Shown here piece after piece: positions 24,735 through 39,496 of a DNA stretch of 64,000 nt (position 1 is the stretch's first letter; every line of letters begins with the position of its first letter). Both the position numbers and the translations under genes were made by a program. The notes under the pieces were generated by a model, which was not told the DNA's origin, did no database searches, and worked only from the letters and a program-made list of their open reading frames with translations. Source of the DNA: Octopus vulgaris (Eukaryota); assembly GCA_951406725.2 (NCBI GenBank), contig OX597820.1, forward strand, positions 76,942,001-77,006,000, read 5' to 3'.

Positions 24735-25138
24735 AGGAGTGGCTGTGTTGTAAGTAGCTTGCTTAATAACTACATGGTTCCGGGCTCAGTGCAACTGCGT
24801 GGCACCTTGGGCAAGTGTCTTCTACTATAGCCTCGGGCCGACCAAACCCTTGTGAGTGGATTTGGTAGACAGAAACTGACAGAAGCCCGTCGTATATATG
24901 TATATATATATATATATATGTTTGTGCGTGTCTGCGTTTGTCCCCCCAACATCGCTTGACAACCGATGCTGGTGTGTTTACGTCCCCGTAACTTAGCGGT
25001 TCGATAAAAGAGAGCGATAGAATAAGTACTAGGCATACCAAAAATAAGTCCTGGGGTCGATTTGCTCGATTAAAGGTGGTGCTCTAGCATGGGCGCAGTC
25101 AAATGACTGAAACAAATAAAAGAGTAAAAGAGTAAAAG
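24735..25138 (+). mobile_element. Full-length SINE family B
   Basis: tRNA-like head aggagtggctgtgttgtaag...ggttccgggctcag, accttgggcaagtgtc, internal (TA)n and (taaaagag)n tail. Confidence 0.92.
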
Positions 25139-25333
25139 ATATATATATATTTTCAAAATGTAACTATATGTGAATCGTTGGCGATATTTTTCCGGAACTG
25201 AACGGAAGTTTTAGTAAGCGGTATCAGGCCACAGGTTTCTGTCGGGGTGTTTTCTGAATGCAACGTCTTTGCGATTAAATATTTCTAATAATTGCTTCAG
25301 ATATGATAGTTCCAGGAACTTTCACTCCCTCTT

Positions 25334-25364
<31 letters not shown>

Positions 25365-25892
25365 CCTCTCTTTCTTTATATACACACACTATATACGTGC
25401 ACATATACATACATGTGCTTAACGAGACAGAATTGTTTTGCACATTAGGAATCAGCGAACTGCGACGTTGACTCAATGTCTAAGTGTATAAGATTAATGA
25501 TAACTGAAATGGAACGTTTTCATTCGGAACGGCGAGCGTTCAGTGATGTCGGTAAACATGAACGTTATTCTCCTTAGAAATATAGTAAAAATTTAAAACA
25601 AGTTTTCGGTTATTACGATGAAATGAGACATGTTCATGTCTTCTAAATCTAAAATAATTAAAGGCTTCTTTGAAAAATTTTATTTAAAAAAGTTTTATGT
25701 AATAAAAAAAAAACCCAGAAAACAAAAGTAGAGTAAAACGAATGAAACGGAAATATTAACTTTGAATTACGTGATATATGTTTTCAAAGAATAGCATTTA
25801 AGTTTTCCTTTTACGCCTCAAATCAATTTAATATATCTTAGTTTACTTTCTCACAATGACGCACACCGCACAGATGTACACACAAACGCACC

Positions 25893-25955
<63 letters not shown>

Positions 25956-26134
25956 GTGTGTGTGCGGAGGTAAAGACAGTGATCTAAATCAAAAGCAACA
26001 GAATGGGTAGTATGCTACGCCCGTTGACAGGCAAAGAGTGAAGAAATGCTCACAGAGAATATATATATATATATATATATGTTTGTGTGTGTCTGTGTTT
26101 GTCCCCCCAACATCGCTTGTATATATATATATAC

Positions 26135-26262
26135 AGTCAATAATAAAAGGGTAAAATTAATTAATTATTAATTAATAATTTTACCAAGTAGTGTTCAGTA
26201 TGTAAAAATACCATTTACGGTATATCTAAAATATTATGTAATATAATTAGGGTTTAGTAAAA
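26135..26262 (+). repeat. Family X repeat fragment
   Basis: Similar to 9350-9480. Confidence 0.65.
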
Positions 26263-26502
26263 AAAAATGTATGTATGTATGTATATATGTACATATATGC
26301 ATACATGTGGATGGAAACGTAAAAGTCTTTTCATTTTAACCGAGCATTAAAGTAATACACATGCTTTCTACACCCTTAAATTAGGGATATATAGTTCTGT
26401 GCCTGTAGGCTCCTTTCTCTTTCTCACTTTTGCTCTCTCACTCGCTCACTCTGTCCTTCTCTCTCTCTCTCTCTCTCTCTGTCTGTCTCTCTCTCTCTCT
26501 CC

Positions 26503-26538
<36 letters not shown>

Positions 26539-27600
26539 TTATTTATATATACATATATATATATGAAATATATATAGGTGTTTGCATACTCACACGCATA
26601 TATATATATATAGGTGTATTTGTGTGTGTTTATATGTGTGTGTATACGTGTGCTTGCGTGTGTGTGTGTGTGTGTGATTTTGTGTGCGTCTATATGTCTG
26701 TGCGTCCGTGTGTGTGTCAGAGATTTCGTGTATTATAAAAAAACCAACACGTACAGTAATCTTCATTACCTTCATTGTTATACCCATTGGTTTTTTAAGA
26801 ATTTTATTTGCAGGATTTAAAAATTCTTTTATAAATAAGTATTCATTTCATCATTTTTTATTAGCATCTAGAATATTGAAAAAATCTAACTAAATTTTAT
26901 TCAATGTATATTTCCTGGTTATACCGATGGCTGACAGAACATGCTCGAATGTGATATATAAATATACATATATACATGCATGTGCACAAGTACTCACACA
27001 CACACACAGACACACACAGACACACACTCACGCACGCGCACACACACACATACACACGCACATATATATACATATATCTATGTATATGTATACTGAGTTA
27101 TAAAACAGACGATACAAATTAATACATAAATTCATCAACATAGTATCCAGCAATTGCTTCATATCCCAAATGATAATGAAATTACAAAAGCATATGTAAG
27201 CATACTTATGCATCTTAAATAACTTACAAGGAAAATCATTTTGAAGAACTTATAAGGAAAATGTCCACGAATTTACTTATAAGGCATTTAAAACGTGAAA
27301 GTATATTTTTATATATGTTTTGTAATTTTAATATTATTTGAGAAATGACACAGATGTTGTTTCTTATGTTGACTAATTAATAAATTAATTTGTATCCATT
27401 AGATCTCTCTTTTCTAACTTAATAAAAATGTCTGATATCTTACGATATTCTATATAACATATTTATTGAAGGATATTCTCTTCAAAATATAACATATTAA
27501 GCCAGTGTATTGTGGATAAATACCCCTATAAGACGTTTGAATATCATCATTGTAACTATATATACATAGATACATACATACATACACACATACATTCATG

Positions 27601-27634
<34 letters not shown>

Positions 27635-27749
27635 CATACATATATATGTATGTATATATATATATGTGTGTGTATATATATATATATATATAAAAGTAAT
27701 ACACACACACATATATATATATATATTTATATATATATATAAATGTAAT

Positions 27750-27803
<54 letters not shown>

Positions 27804-28083
27804 TCGATACAAAGGCAAACAATTCACGGGAAAAACTATTTGCATTGAATTAATATATAATGATTGATGTGAGTTAATTGTTGTTCATCAGTTCATTTTC
27901 TGTTTCCATTATATTTTGATTCTTAATAAACCTATGATTTTCGTTGCCTTTAGTTATAACCCATGCCTTGACCATGATTAAATATAAGTACCATACCGTT
28001 AGTGGAATGGATAATTCTATACCTTAGATGGTTATTTTAACCTCTAACTGATCTAACCTATATAGATATGAATAAATAAATAA

Positions 28084-28131
<48 letters not shown>

Positions 28132-29074
28132 ATGTATATGTACATATACATACTTATATATATATACACATACATACATATATATATGTATATAAATGTA
28201 TGTATATATATATACATATACAAGCATGTGTGTGTATGCATGTATGCATATATAATGCATGTATATATCAGATACATATTATATGTATTAATATTTTCTT
28301 CTTGTCTCCCTGTAACTTGTCTTCGAGCATTTTCGTTTTTGGTATATACTTTTCTTTCTTGCCAATATTCAACACATGGGAACCTCTCGGCTTTAATTTT
28401 CTCTTCCTGCTCAACATTGAAAGTTCTACTGCTTGTTATACGTTTTCGTCTCTTTTATTGTACTTCTAGTCCCTTTAACGCCGCCATTTTACTGCTATCA
28501 GTATTGTTTTGTTTCCTCTCCTTCATTTCCGTTTTCCTTCTTGGTGCATTTGTCGTCTCCTATCATTTTTCTCCCCTGTTACTAGAGTCATTTCAGGTTC
28601 TCTTACTTCCACTCTCTCTGCCTTATATTATTACCACCTCTCATTTCTCCCGTCCATCTCCCGCAGTCCTTTATTCCTTGATATGTATTTTTAAAATATG
28701 CTTTAATTTAATCAAGCATTCAAATTTTGTGCAAGCCTGTTGAAATTACATTTACATCCGAATGCGGTTTTCCTTTTTATTAGTCCTTTGCACATTAATA
28801 AAACCATAATACACCTTAATGAGATATTTAAAAATTTTGATTTTGAATATAAATCGAACTGCCACGTACAGGAATGGCAAAATTTGTTTCGCTACGATCA
28901 TGCTTACGTGCAAAATTATATGGAAATAAAAACAATTCGGTGAGAGTGAGAGAAAAAGTAAAATAGACGTGTAGCAGAAAGAATATTCGACATACAAAGT
29001 TATGGTCGATGAAAAGAGACATTTATCCACTTAAATGCAATGCCAGCAAATTTTTGAGGTAAAAAATCTTGGTA

Positions 29075-29385
29075 CTCTGTGGGTTGGGACTACAGACATT
29101 CCAACTGGTCCGATCAGCGGAACAGCCCACTCGTGAAATTAATGTGCAAGGTGCTGAGCACTCCACAGTTATACATACGCTTAGCGTAGCCCTCATAAAG
29201 ATTCGGTGTCACACTTGAATGTGTCAATGCTGACTCTTTCAATTACAGGTACTGTTCATTTTTGTCAGCTGATTGGACTAGAGCAACGTAGAAGTAAGTT
29301 TCCTGCTCAAAAACACAATTCAACGCCTGCAGTCCATCTCGCGAAAATACGATCGTGTGTCGAATATACTAACCACCAAAGCACG
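29075..29385 (-). mobile_element. Degenerate tRNA-SINE family C
   Basis: Minus strand has a tRNA-like head, then tgtgtttttgagcaggaaactta...tgctctagtccaatcagctg. Confidence 0.6.
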
Positions 29386-31257
29386 TTCAAAGATTATCCG
29401 CTCCTGAATGGAAGAAAGTTGATGTCATGTACATAGCAAAATGACGCCATTCCTTCAATCAATATCAACGCTGTTACCAATATGAAACCAAGCGCGTAAA
29501 TTCTTCAATATTCTCTTCTTTACATTAATGCTTAAAATGGATATTATTTTTGAATTTCACTAGAATGATCGAATTCATAAAATCTCTGGCTTCCATGGTT
29601 TTCCATATCTTCCACTTCATGCGTCGAGGCAATTCTTCAATCGCTTGCATCTTTCATTACTTTGCAATTGGCACCTCTGCTAAGATGCATTCATAAAATG
29701 TATGCTGTATTTAAAGAACAGAAAATCGTCTGAAAAATTTTACTGCTATATCTCCGTATATGCTTTTGCAAAACTAAATCAGTAATGTTATAAATGCAAA
29801 AGGCCTTCATCAGTTGTGCATTCTTTCATCAGTAGTCATTTCTAGCCGTCGATACATACAGCAGAGACCACAAGATGCAGTGTTTTACTTTCTTAACCTT
29901 TTCAACTACGCATAAATACAACTGATTTCAAGTAACACCGAATTTAAATGTAAGAATTATTCCTTTCAGACGAGGAGTAAATGCATAGGCAGTCATGATC
30001 TCACATTCGGAGCTTTCTATATACATACCCAAAAAGATGCTGAATTCGGTTATTAGTTACCATTACAGTAATTTCTTTGTTTTCTGATGCAATGACATGT
30101 CATTGTACGCATGTATTGTATGCATGCATATATATATATATATATATGATCTTAAAGCTTATATGTGATCACTGTGTATTGACTAAAGAAATTGATCTAA
30201 TATTGGGGCATATAAACCTCTCGGCGTTAAGACGAATGGTTTTCGTACGTATGAAACGCTCTGTTTTAGCGAGAAGTGGGTTACCATTACACCAACGCAC
30301 TTTTGGTTTCTTTCCATCAAATTTAAGGACTCTAATTAGTTCATGGAGTCGTTTTTATGAACGAACCTTTTGTGCTTTTTCTGCAGAGGTTTTTGTTAAG
30401 CAGGGTTGATTTATACACTTTCAGTAAATAAAAGGCTTAAAGCTTATGAGCGATTACCATTTGTCTGTGTATGTGCGTCTCTGTGTGTGTATTGTGCGTT
30501 GTGTGTGTGTCTGTGTGCGTGTATGTTCGTGTGTGGGTATGTTTGTTTAAGTATATATGTATATAAGAAAACAATGTCAAAATAATAAACGATTGTCTTA
30601 TGAACTTCATTGGCTTTTAGTTGGTTCCACTATAAAATGTGGAGACACCTATAAGATGTTGGGGGAATCATCTTATAGTCCACCCACATCTTATAACATT
30701 TCTATCAACAAGTATGTTTACCCCACATACACAATGAAAAGAAAATTACTAAGAGAAATAATTTGGTAACACATCTGACCATTATATTTCTCACCAAATG
30801 TCAACTATTCAACTTGCTTCGTAAAACACTTATTTAACACCCCACCATCTCCCAACTCCACCCCAGTCAAGTATCTTGTTTTCACCATTCATTATTTTAT
30901 TTCAGTTCTTATTCATAAACACTCTTTCACTCCCACACTGATTAACAAAGCTCAATTCCACCCTAGATACACCCAAATCACATATATAGACTCACAAAGC
31001 CCCAAACCCTCTGATCTGTCTAACAACGAATGCGAGAAAGTTCTCCAGAAAAGAAAACAATGAATTTCTCCCTAAATCTCCCCACCCAGGTTAATAAAGA
31101 ACTTACTAGATCTACGAACTAAAGTGTTAAATTTATATTTCTAAAAAATCAAAAATTAATAAATTAAACTGATTAGAACTACCAGTGACGTCATTCTTTT
31201 TCTTTTTTCAGATATCCCTAACTGAACCAAGGATCTCACATTTTCCAATATATGTAT

Positions 31258-31440
31258 TCTTTTAATTCTTTGAGACATTTGACTGCAGCCATGCTGGAGC
31301 ACCTCCTTTAGTTGAACGATTCGACCCCGGGACGTATCTTTGTAATCCTGGTACTTTTTCTATCATACCCCTTAACCGAAACGCTAGGTTATGGGGACGT
31401 AAACTCACCAGGATCGGTTTCACGCGATGGTTGGATACAA

Positions 31441-31482
<42 letters not shown>

Positions 31483-31552
31483 GCGTGTGAGTTCAGTCCC
31501 GACTGAAACCGGAACCAGGTCGTCGGTAAGCGAGCTTCTTACCACACAGCCA
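31258..31552 (-). mobile_element. SINE family B, internally deleted
   Basis: catttgactgcagccatgctggagcacc...gactgaaaccggaacc..cttaccacacagcc. Confidence 0.88.
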
Positions 31553-34500
31553 ATGCATGTACACATACACGTACGGAACATTTTAGCAATTAGCTAAGTT
31601 GATAGATAATTAGATACATAGGCAAACAAACGAAGAAATAAACAGATGTGTTTCACCATAAAGGTCCACAGCAAGTCAAAAATAGTATTCGATTACAGAA
31701 GTTAGCGTAAAAACTGTTGTTGTTCTGAAGGTGACAAATTTCTGATTGTTACTTTGTACTTCCCGTAATATTTCATCAAAGAGAAATGATGCTTTAAAGC
31801 AATAAAATTAGCTTAATTCCTCTTAAATTATGTGGTGAAGATTTGTTCACAAACAATGAAATTGATATTTAGAGCTGATTGGACAGGATCTATGGTCATT
31901 TCAGAACTAATGAAATTGGGTGGGAGATATGATTAATCGGTGACGAAAAGCAACTTAAACTAAAATAACGTGTGGAATTCATTTCAACAAAACGAAATGT
32001 CATACATTGTAGTAGGAAAATAGTTATATCTGCAGCCGAGGAAAATTCCAGGAAAGAAGTGTTTAGAACTGAAGAAACGCAGTCGTAGCAAACCACATTA
32101 AAAATATAAGTAAAACTATAATGTAAGAACAGTAAAAAAGTTAGAAACGCTGGTTCAATAAATAATGAAATACTGAAATACATAAATTAAATAAATAAAC
32201 GATTTTGGTTGGAAATATACTTTGTTCAATAAAAAAGCTGAGATAATATGCAGGAGATATTAAAAATGAGATGATATATCTATTTTACAAATGGAATCGT
32301 CTGTGTTGTTATTCAGTAACGATCAATCGTATTTTCTATAAAGTTTATAAGTCATAATTCCTTCGGTTATCCTTAAAAGTATTGCTTGATTAATTGCCTA
32401 CTAACCCCCAACAGCACCACTTAAATTCATTTAGAAGTATGGTATTCTTCCAAACATTCAGTCTACTTTCAGATAAGAAACTTGAAGTAATAATTTTAAT
32501 AACTCGCTTTTTTATATATATATATTACTGTACGTTCGGTAGCCGCGTAGACATTTCTCCACCTATATTTATATATACACACAACACACGCGTATACATT
32601 CATTCACGGACAAACACACACACGTACACACACACACACACACACATACACACACACACAGAATCACATCAATTCTTTCACTAACTACGAGCCATATATG
32701 AAAGAAAAAGAGGCATTCGAAAATTAAAGTGTATTCACTAAATATTGTAGTGGAGAATACCACTGTGTCATCAAAGATACGGTATTTAAAATCCTAATTG
32801 GGGAAACAAAGGGCTTTAGACGCGAATGTAATTGTGTTGATTCTCATTTCATTCGAAGTCGCGAAACAATATATCAGACACAATGTAGCGTTGGATCGTG
32901 AAAGAAATCTGCGGACGTTAAACATGAAAACATTTCAAAAGAGATCTTTCCACTTACAAGAAGTATTAAATTCCGGAAATGATCTTAAATGATAATTTAC
33001 TGTGTCTTCAAAATCTAAAGAAAATCTTCTTCCCGTCTGAAAGAGTCAGAAATTTTCATACTGTCAACAGGAACTATTAGAATAGACTTCTCTCAAACAG
33101 TAACAAACTCATACAAGAATTTTGAACGTAATTTGTACAATAGACTTAAAAACCAGTAGGAAGTAAAATGTCCAACAAGCTAAGCGAAATGCACCAGGTT
33201 AACATTATTATTGCACTTAAGGATCTCAAAATAAGTTTTCGGAACAACTGTAAATATAGGCTGTATAAAACAAATAAGCTTTAGAGTATATATAGTGAGA
33301 AAGCACGTTTTAGGAGCTATCTTCTTTTGAATTAGGAATGTTATAATCTGTACATGTGAGACAACGGGAGATACGATATTAGGTGGTTTAATAACATTAA
33401 GGATAAATATAGTTTTCTCAGTCTAACATGATATATTTTTATTTTTGACTGAATCAACATCGTTTCTAAAAGCAATGAAAGCTTATATGCTTATTAGTTA
33501 CTTGGACATTGTTATAATCTTCCAAGCTAGGCAACTTTGATTGTTTTTGAGCGATTCAACCAGGATTGTATTCATTGATGTGCTTAAGGATGCATATGAC
33601 GAAACCGATTTATTCATGCATATAGGTGCACATTCTATTGCAATAAGTATTAAAGAGAAATCGTGTTGTACACAGAGGCAATGGACTTATTATTACTCGT
33701 AAGATTTAGGAAAGGTCTCATTGTATTCTCCCAACGTATCAATCTAAAAATCTCTGTTAATACAACTCTTCCTGTTGTTATCACCATGGACAGTAATTTA
33801 GACGTCAAAATTAGGAGTTTTGCGACTTAGTGGAAAGGTAATAGAATTATATTGTAAGGGGACCCGCTCAATTTGATGAAGCGTTATTCAGTAGGCATAA
33901 CTCTACTAAAACGATACACTCAAGAGCGCGGTTTCACTGAGCAGGTCTATTATTTAAAAATAGCTCCAATGATCTCGTAGTAGTAAGGCTAGAAACATTT
34001 TGTGGTTCAATCCCAAATGTAGTGTGAGTATAACGACTATATTTATCGTGTAAATTCTTTAGCTTAATATCTAGACATCTTCTAATATATCATATGCCGT
34101 ATCATGTTCAGTTGAATCAGGTATTGTTGTTACAAGGACTTCGTCTTACTGTTGAACCACGCCAAATTAAAACGAATTCACGCAGCCAATGAAAATAAGC
34201 TAAAACGTTAAGTGTAACTGTAAAATACACATCAACTAACTACGGTTTTAAAGGGAGTTTCTTGGACAAGATATCTTATTGAGTGAAAATCCAAATTGAC
34301 GACAATCCTTTCTACAAAATATATAAAAAGGCCAAAAGAAAACAACTTCATTATAGATTTTACCTGCTCAAGGATTTATTTATATATCCAGAAACAGATA
34401 CTCCTGGTTTCTGTCGAAGCACATGTTGCAAATGAATGAATCTAGTTCGACAACTTTCTAAATTCACTGGTTCATTTCAGAAAGAGCACACACACACACA

Positions 34501-35659
34501 CGCACCTCACACGCGTACACACGTATAGGTCTTATCCTCACTCCTTTAGATTCACGTTTCATTTACATGATAATTATTTTATTCTGTTTCTCGACAAACG
34601 GTTTTAAATCTAATTATTGAAATATTGAACTGCGGCCGCTATTCAACAAATTACCCCGCTTTTCGACCAATTTCACCAATATTTTCTTCTAATATGATAT
34701 AATATATGCATTGCAGAAAGAACATTGAGGTCCCTATTATTTTCTGTATAAAATGCACCCTCTCCGAATTACTTGAATTTTTTTAATATTCAAGTGTTTT
34801 GTCTTCCAAACATTTAAATCATGTTTACTCTGACAAAAGAGACTAGATTTGTGTATATGCAAGTAAAGTACGAACTTGCAAGGCTTTTTGCGCGTGACGT
34901 ATGTGTGTGTGCATTCTGACGTTCATGTTCTTTATATGACAACCAACAAGAAAATAGCATACAACTGTTTTACTCTTTGCTTATCAGCAGATAACTCCAA
35001 ACCATACTCCCTACTCACTTGGGTTTCAATTTAAACTGGACCCGGTATTGAAGGTAAGGTTCAGGAGATTCATAGTTTTGAGGAGTGTCGAACAACCTCT
35101 TAGCTACTATTGTGTCCAGGTCTACTATGTACCGGATTAATAGCACTTGCCAGGTTCACAGCCTTGGGTTAACTACATATGTTATGACATTCCATCTGAA
35201 CGCGGTACGCAGCAATACCCTTGGTTGGTGTCTGGTGCGCAACAAGACAGCTGAGAATGTGCAATATATCATTATGCGTCGTCACAGCGTCACTCTGTGA
35301 GAGTGATGTAAAACCTGCCATTGTACATGATTATGCTAGATACTATTAAGGGAGACTCGGAGATTAGTGCTGGTGTTCTACACATGTTTATCACTATAAC
35401 CCAATTATTTACATATGTATATTTATTGTAACCATATTTGTCAACCAATCTACTGAAAGTCTTATGGCGATAGAAAATTTGCGGCGTGAACTTCGTCTGT
35501 CTTCTATGCTTCCAACGATGCAGATATGTAAATGGATTTAATAATCATCTAAGTTAACAAGAACAGACAACAATAAATGCCATTGATAACAAAGAGGCAA
35601 GTGTAAAGATGGGCAATCGCCATTTTGTTCTAATTTTTTTTTTCAAAATGTAATAAACT

Positions 35660-35845
35660 GTGTATCGTTGCCGATTTTCTTCCCCCGTCTTTCCTTTCTT
35701 TGAACTTTCCTGTATTTCTGAAGAAGACATTTGCTCGAAACGTAAAGTCCTCTTTCTTTCCTTTCATGAGCGTCTTATAACACAATACTTGTACAACGTT
35801 CTCGTGTTATTGTTTTTTCTTGCTTGTTCTTGTTTATTTGGATTC

Positions 35846-35848
<3 letters not shown>
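35660..35848 (+). mobile_element. Short HHR-bearing PLE pLTR-like element ending at (TA)n
   Basis: attt-CTGAAGA-a-gacatttgctc-GAAA-cg-TA-aagt at 35714-35748: a minimal HHR with palindromic ACGT helix III. Confidence 0.62.
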
Positions 35849-35907
<59 letters not shown>

Positions 35908-35911
<4 letters not shown>

Positions 35912-36110
35912 GAGAGTTTACGAAAAAAACAAAAGAGGAAGACAGGTGCTGTACGAAACAAACAGATGTATTAGTATAACGCTCAGGAACAGAAAAAGTC
36001 GTTTACATTTCGAGCCTACGCTCTTCTACAGAAAGGGACACAGAAAAAACAAGGAGAGAAACAAGGAGAGAAAAAAAGGAGAGAAAAAAGGAAAGAAAAA
36101 AGGAGAGAAT
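35908..36110 (-). mobile_element. Related HHR-like pLTR element in opposite orientation
   Basis: Minus strand at 36001-36036 reads ttt-CTGtAGA-a-gagc-gtag-gctc-GAAA-tg-TA. It shares a ttc.tgagcgt motif with the left element. Confidence 0.6.
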
Positions 36111-36640
36111 ATATATATATATAGAGAGAGAGGGGGGAGAGAGAGAGTTACATAGATAAACAGATATATATATATAGAGAGAGAGATATATATAGATATG
36201 TACAAACGGTCAAAATACGGGTCTCTTGACATGTTCAACAAACCGTGACACCTAAACCAGGCACCAATCAACTTATGTTATTTAGTAAAATCATACACAG
36301 TTTGGAATTGGTCACAATATAGTTTGCGAAAATTAACATTCTGGAGCCTGACAAATGTATGTAAAGACACACACGTTAACTATGTTACAAAAGGTGTAAA
36401 TTGTGAAACATAACTGTTATCACTACAACAGGAACCCGAAGATTGCATAGTTTAATGCATGAAAGTACTAGTTCAATAATTATGGGCACTTAATAGTCTA
36501 TCATTTCATTATATTATATTATATTATATCATATCATATTATATAACTATAAGTTTGTAAATAAAATGTGAGAATCAAATTTGCAATTTCTTTGAGTAAT
36601 ATATTCTTCCATACACAATCATATACACCCGAGTATGTAT

Positions 36641-36690
<50 letters not shown>

Positions 36691-37075
36691 CACATGCATC
36701 TGTGTGCGTGTGTGTGTGTGTGTGTGTGCGCGCGGAATTGTCCAACATTCGATGCTTCGGTGAGAAGTTTCGTAGAATATTCATTTAATTGTTTCGGGGA
36801 AGTGAAAAGACAGTAACAATTAAAGAAGACCGTCTCAACTGTAAATTAGAAAAACGCGAAATCTTGCGTAATATTTTCTGGGTTTGTCTGATCTCAGTTG
36901 AAATCATCCGCATTCTTCTACGATTAGCTGGCATAAACGCTGGTTGATTTATCTTGAGTTATCACAGGTTGAATCAAAGGAAAATATACATCCATACATA
37001 CATATGCACGCAAACACGTACATATATATACATATTTACATATATATATATATGTATATATACGTCTATATTTGC

Positions 37076-37110
<35 letters not shown>

Positions 37111-37137
37111 TATATGTGTGTCACACAACACACGAAC

Positions 37138-37178
<41 letters not shown>

Positions 37179-37493
37179 CACTTGTATATATAAGTATCCA
37201 GGTATAAACATGTATGCGCGCTTGTGCGTGATACATAAAGATGCGTGTATGGATGTGCTTGCATATTATATATGAATACGTGTGTTCAAATGTATAATAA
37301 ATGAATGCAGACGTATAGACATATATATTCTCTTTTATCACTTTTTGTGTACGCATGGAATCATAAAAATGAGAAAAATTTGTATCTGTGCGCATCAATG
37401 CATTAGATTTTCTCATACGATTTAGTTTTTCATCATTCTTTATTGAAAATGTCGTATACATACATACATATATACATATGTATACACATATGT

Positions 37494-37551
<58 letters not shown>

Positions 37552-38337
37552 ATACGTATTTGAACGTACACCTATGTGTACATACACGTATACCTACTTA
37601 CACATGTGCAATGGAGCACACAAACAAACAAACACACATAGAATAACATGGTTGACTTGTTAAAATATTTGGAAGCAGCGAACCGGAACGACCCAATGTC
37701 CTATAATGTTTAATATATTTGCGGCGGCGAGCGCAAGTATAAAGACTTACGTGTGTGTGCATGTGTCGTCTTTGTACACACACACACACACATACACACA
37801 CACACGCACCACACACACGCACCACACACATACACACACACACGTATATATATATATATATATATATGTATATAGGTGTGTTTGTTAAAGAGTCTGAACT
37901 TCAAACTCTCACCCGGTATATTACCATACCCGGAAAAATATGTTTAACGAAACCATAACATTATAGACTCCAAAGAATCAGCGTGGTAGTATAAAGCATA
38001 ATAAACGTATGCACCACTGATTTCTATATAACGCCTCAAATACAATACAATAATGGTTCGTATAAAATTGATTTTCCGTTGTTAGATATTAAACTACAAG
38101 GACAAATGTTTTTTTTTTTTTGTTCATGAATTGAATAGACCCCAGTATAATTCTGATATTTATGATATAGATATATTTATGATCTTTCTGATATCGATAT
38201 AATCATAATGAATTAGTGAGGTAGGATATTCATAAATCGATAGATGCGAGGTATTGATTTTAAAAATGTGGCACAACGCAACAAATTTGAGAAATGTCGT
38301 ATATGATTTAAGTAACTTTCACCGTACTAATAATTCC

Positions 38338-38526
38338 AAATGTTGCCCTACGGCCAGCATGTTCGGCAGAGGGGGTAAGTGGATTACATTGACTCCACTG
38401 CTCAACTGGTACTATTCCATCACCCTGAAAGGATGAAAGCAAAAGTCGACACCGGCGGAATTTGAACTCAAGGCGGATGGAACCCTGTTTAGCTTCTTAT
38501 CCAACGTGTTCAGAATACTGCTAGCT
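38338..38526 (-). mobile_element. Degenerate SINE family A (tail type 2)
   Basis: gaaaggatgaaagcaaaagtcgacaccggcggaatttgaactc. Confidence 0.8.
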
Positions 38527-38622
38527 CTATATTTCACCCTAATATTCAACATATTTCAGGAAACAGGGAACTATAAACGAAAATAACGTTTACAGTTCCC
38601 TGTTTAATGGTGGGGTTTAAAT

Positions 38623-39028
38623 TTTTTACTCTCTTTACTTCTTTCAGTCATTTGACTGCGGCCATGCTGGAGCACCGCATTTAGTCGAGCAAATCGACCA
38701 CGGGACTTATTCGTTGTAAGCCTAGTACTTATTCTATCGGATTCTTTTGCAGAACCGCTAAATGACGGGGACATAAACACACAAGAATCGGTTGTCAAGC
38801 AATACTAGGGAAACAAACACTGACACAAAAAACATACACACACACACACACATATATATATACATATATACGACAGGGTTCTTTCAGTTTCCGTCTACCA
38901 AATCCATTCACAAGTCTTTGGTCGGCCCGAGGATACAGTAGAAGACACTTGCCCAACATGTCACGCAGTGGGACTGAACCCGGAACCATGTGGTTCGTAA
39001 ACAAGCTACTTACCACACAGCCACTCCT
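38623..39028 (-). mobile_element. Full-length SINE family B
   Basis: Reverse complement of 24735-25138. Confidence 0.92.
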
Positions 39029-39164
39029 AATTATAATACTTTCACGACCTTAAGTCTAACATTTATAAGCCAAGATGAATAGGATATTCAAACATAAAGC
39101 AGTATGCGTTTGAGTACGTATCAGATTTCCTCCAACAAATATGTGATCAAGCTTGATCATTGTA

Positions 39165-39342
39165 AAAGCATGGCTGAGCAGAGCGCCCGTACAGCTGTGC
39201 GGCTAAGGAGCTCGCTGTGCACCAAAACAATTTCGAAACCACTCTCAATGTGCTTCACACCTTCAAGTTAATTCTAGTATTAAGTTCGGCCTAAACAATG
39301 CGTTGTGAGCGAATTTTGACAGAAACTATGTGGAAACCGGAG

Positions 39343-39373
<31 letters not shown>

Positions 39374-39426
39374 ATGATGATAATAATAATAATAATAACA
39401 GCATCATCAACAACAACAACAACAAC

Positions 39427-39496
<70 letters not shown>

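Noticed and set aside
27815-27895. Minus-strand CTGATGA...GAAT motif in a TA-flanked segment
   Set aside because: Only a 2-bp helix II, and no helix III or helix I.
28126-28743. 205-aa hydrophobic ORF
   Set aside because: It starts in a microsatellite and continues through pyrimidine-rich low-complexity DNA, with no recognisable domain or splice context.
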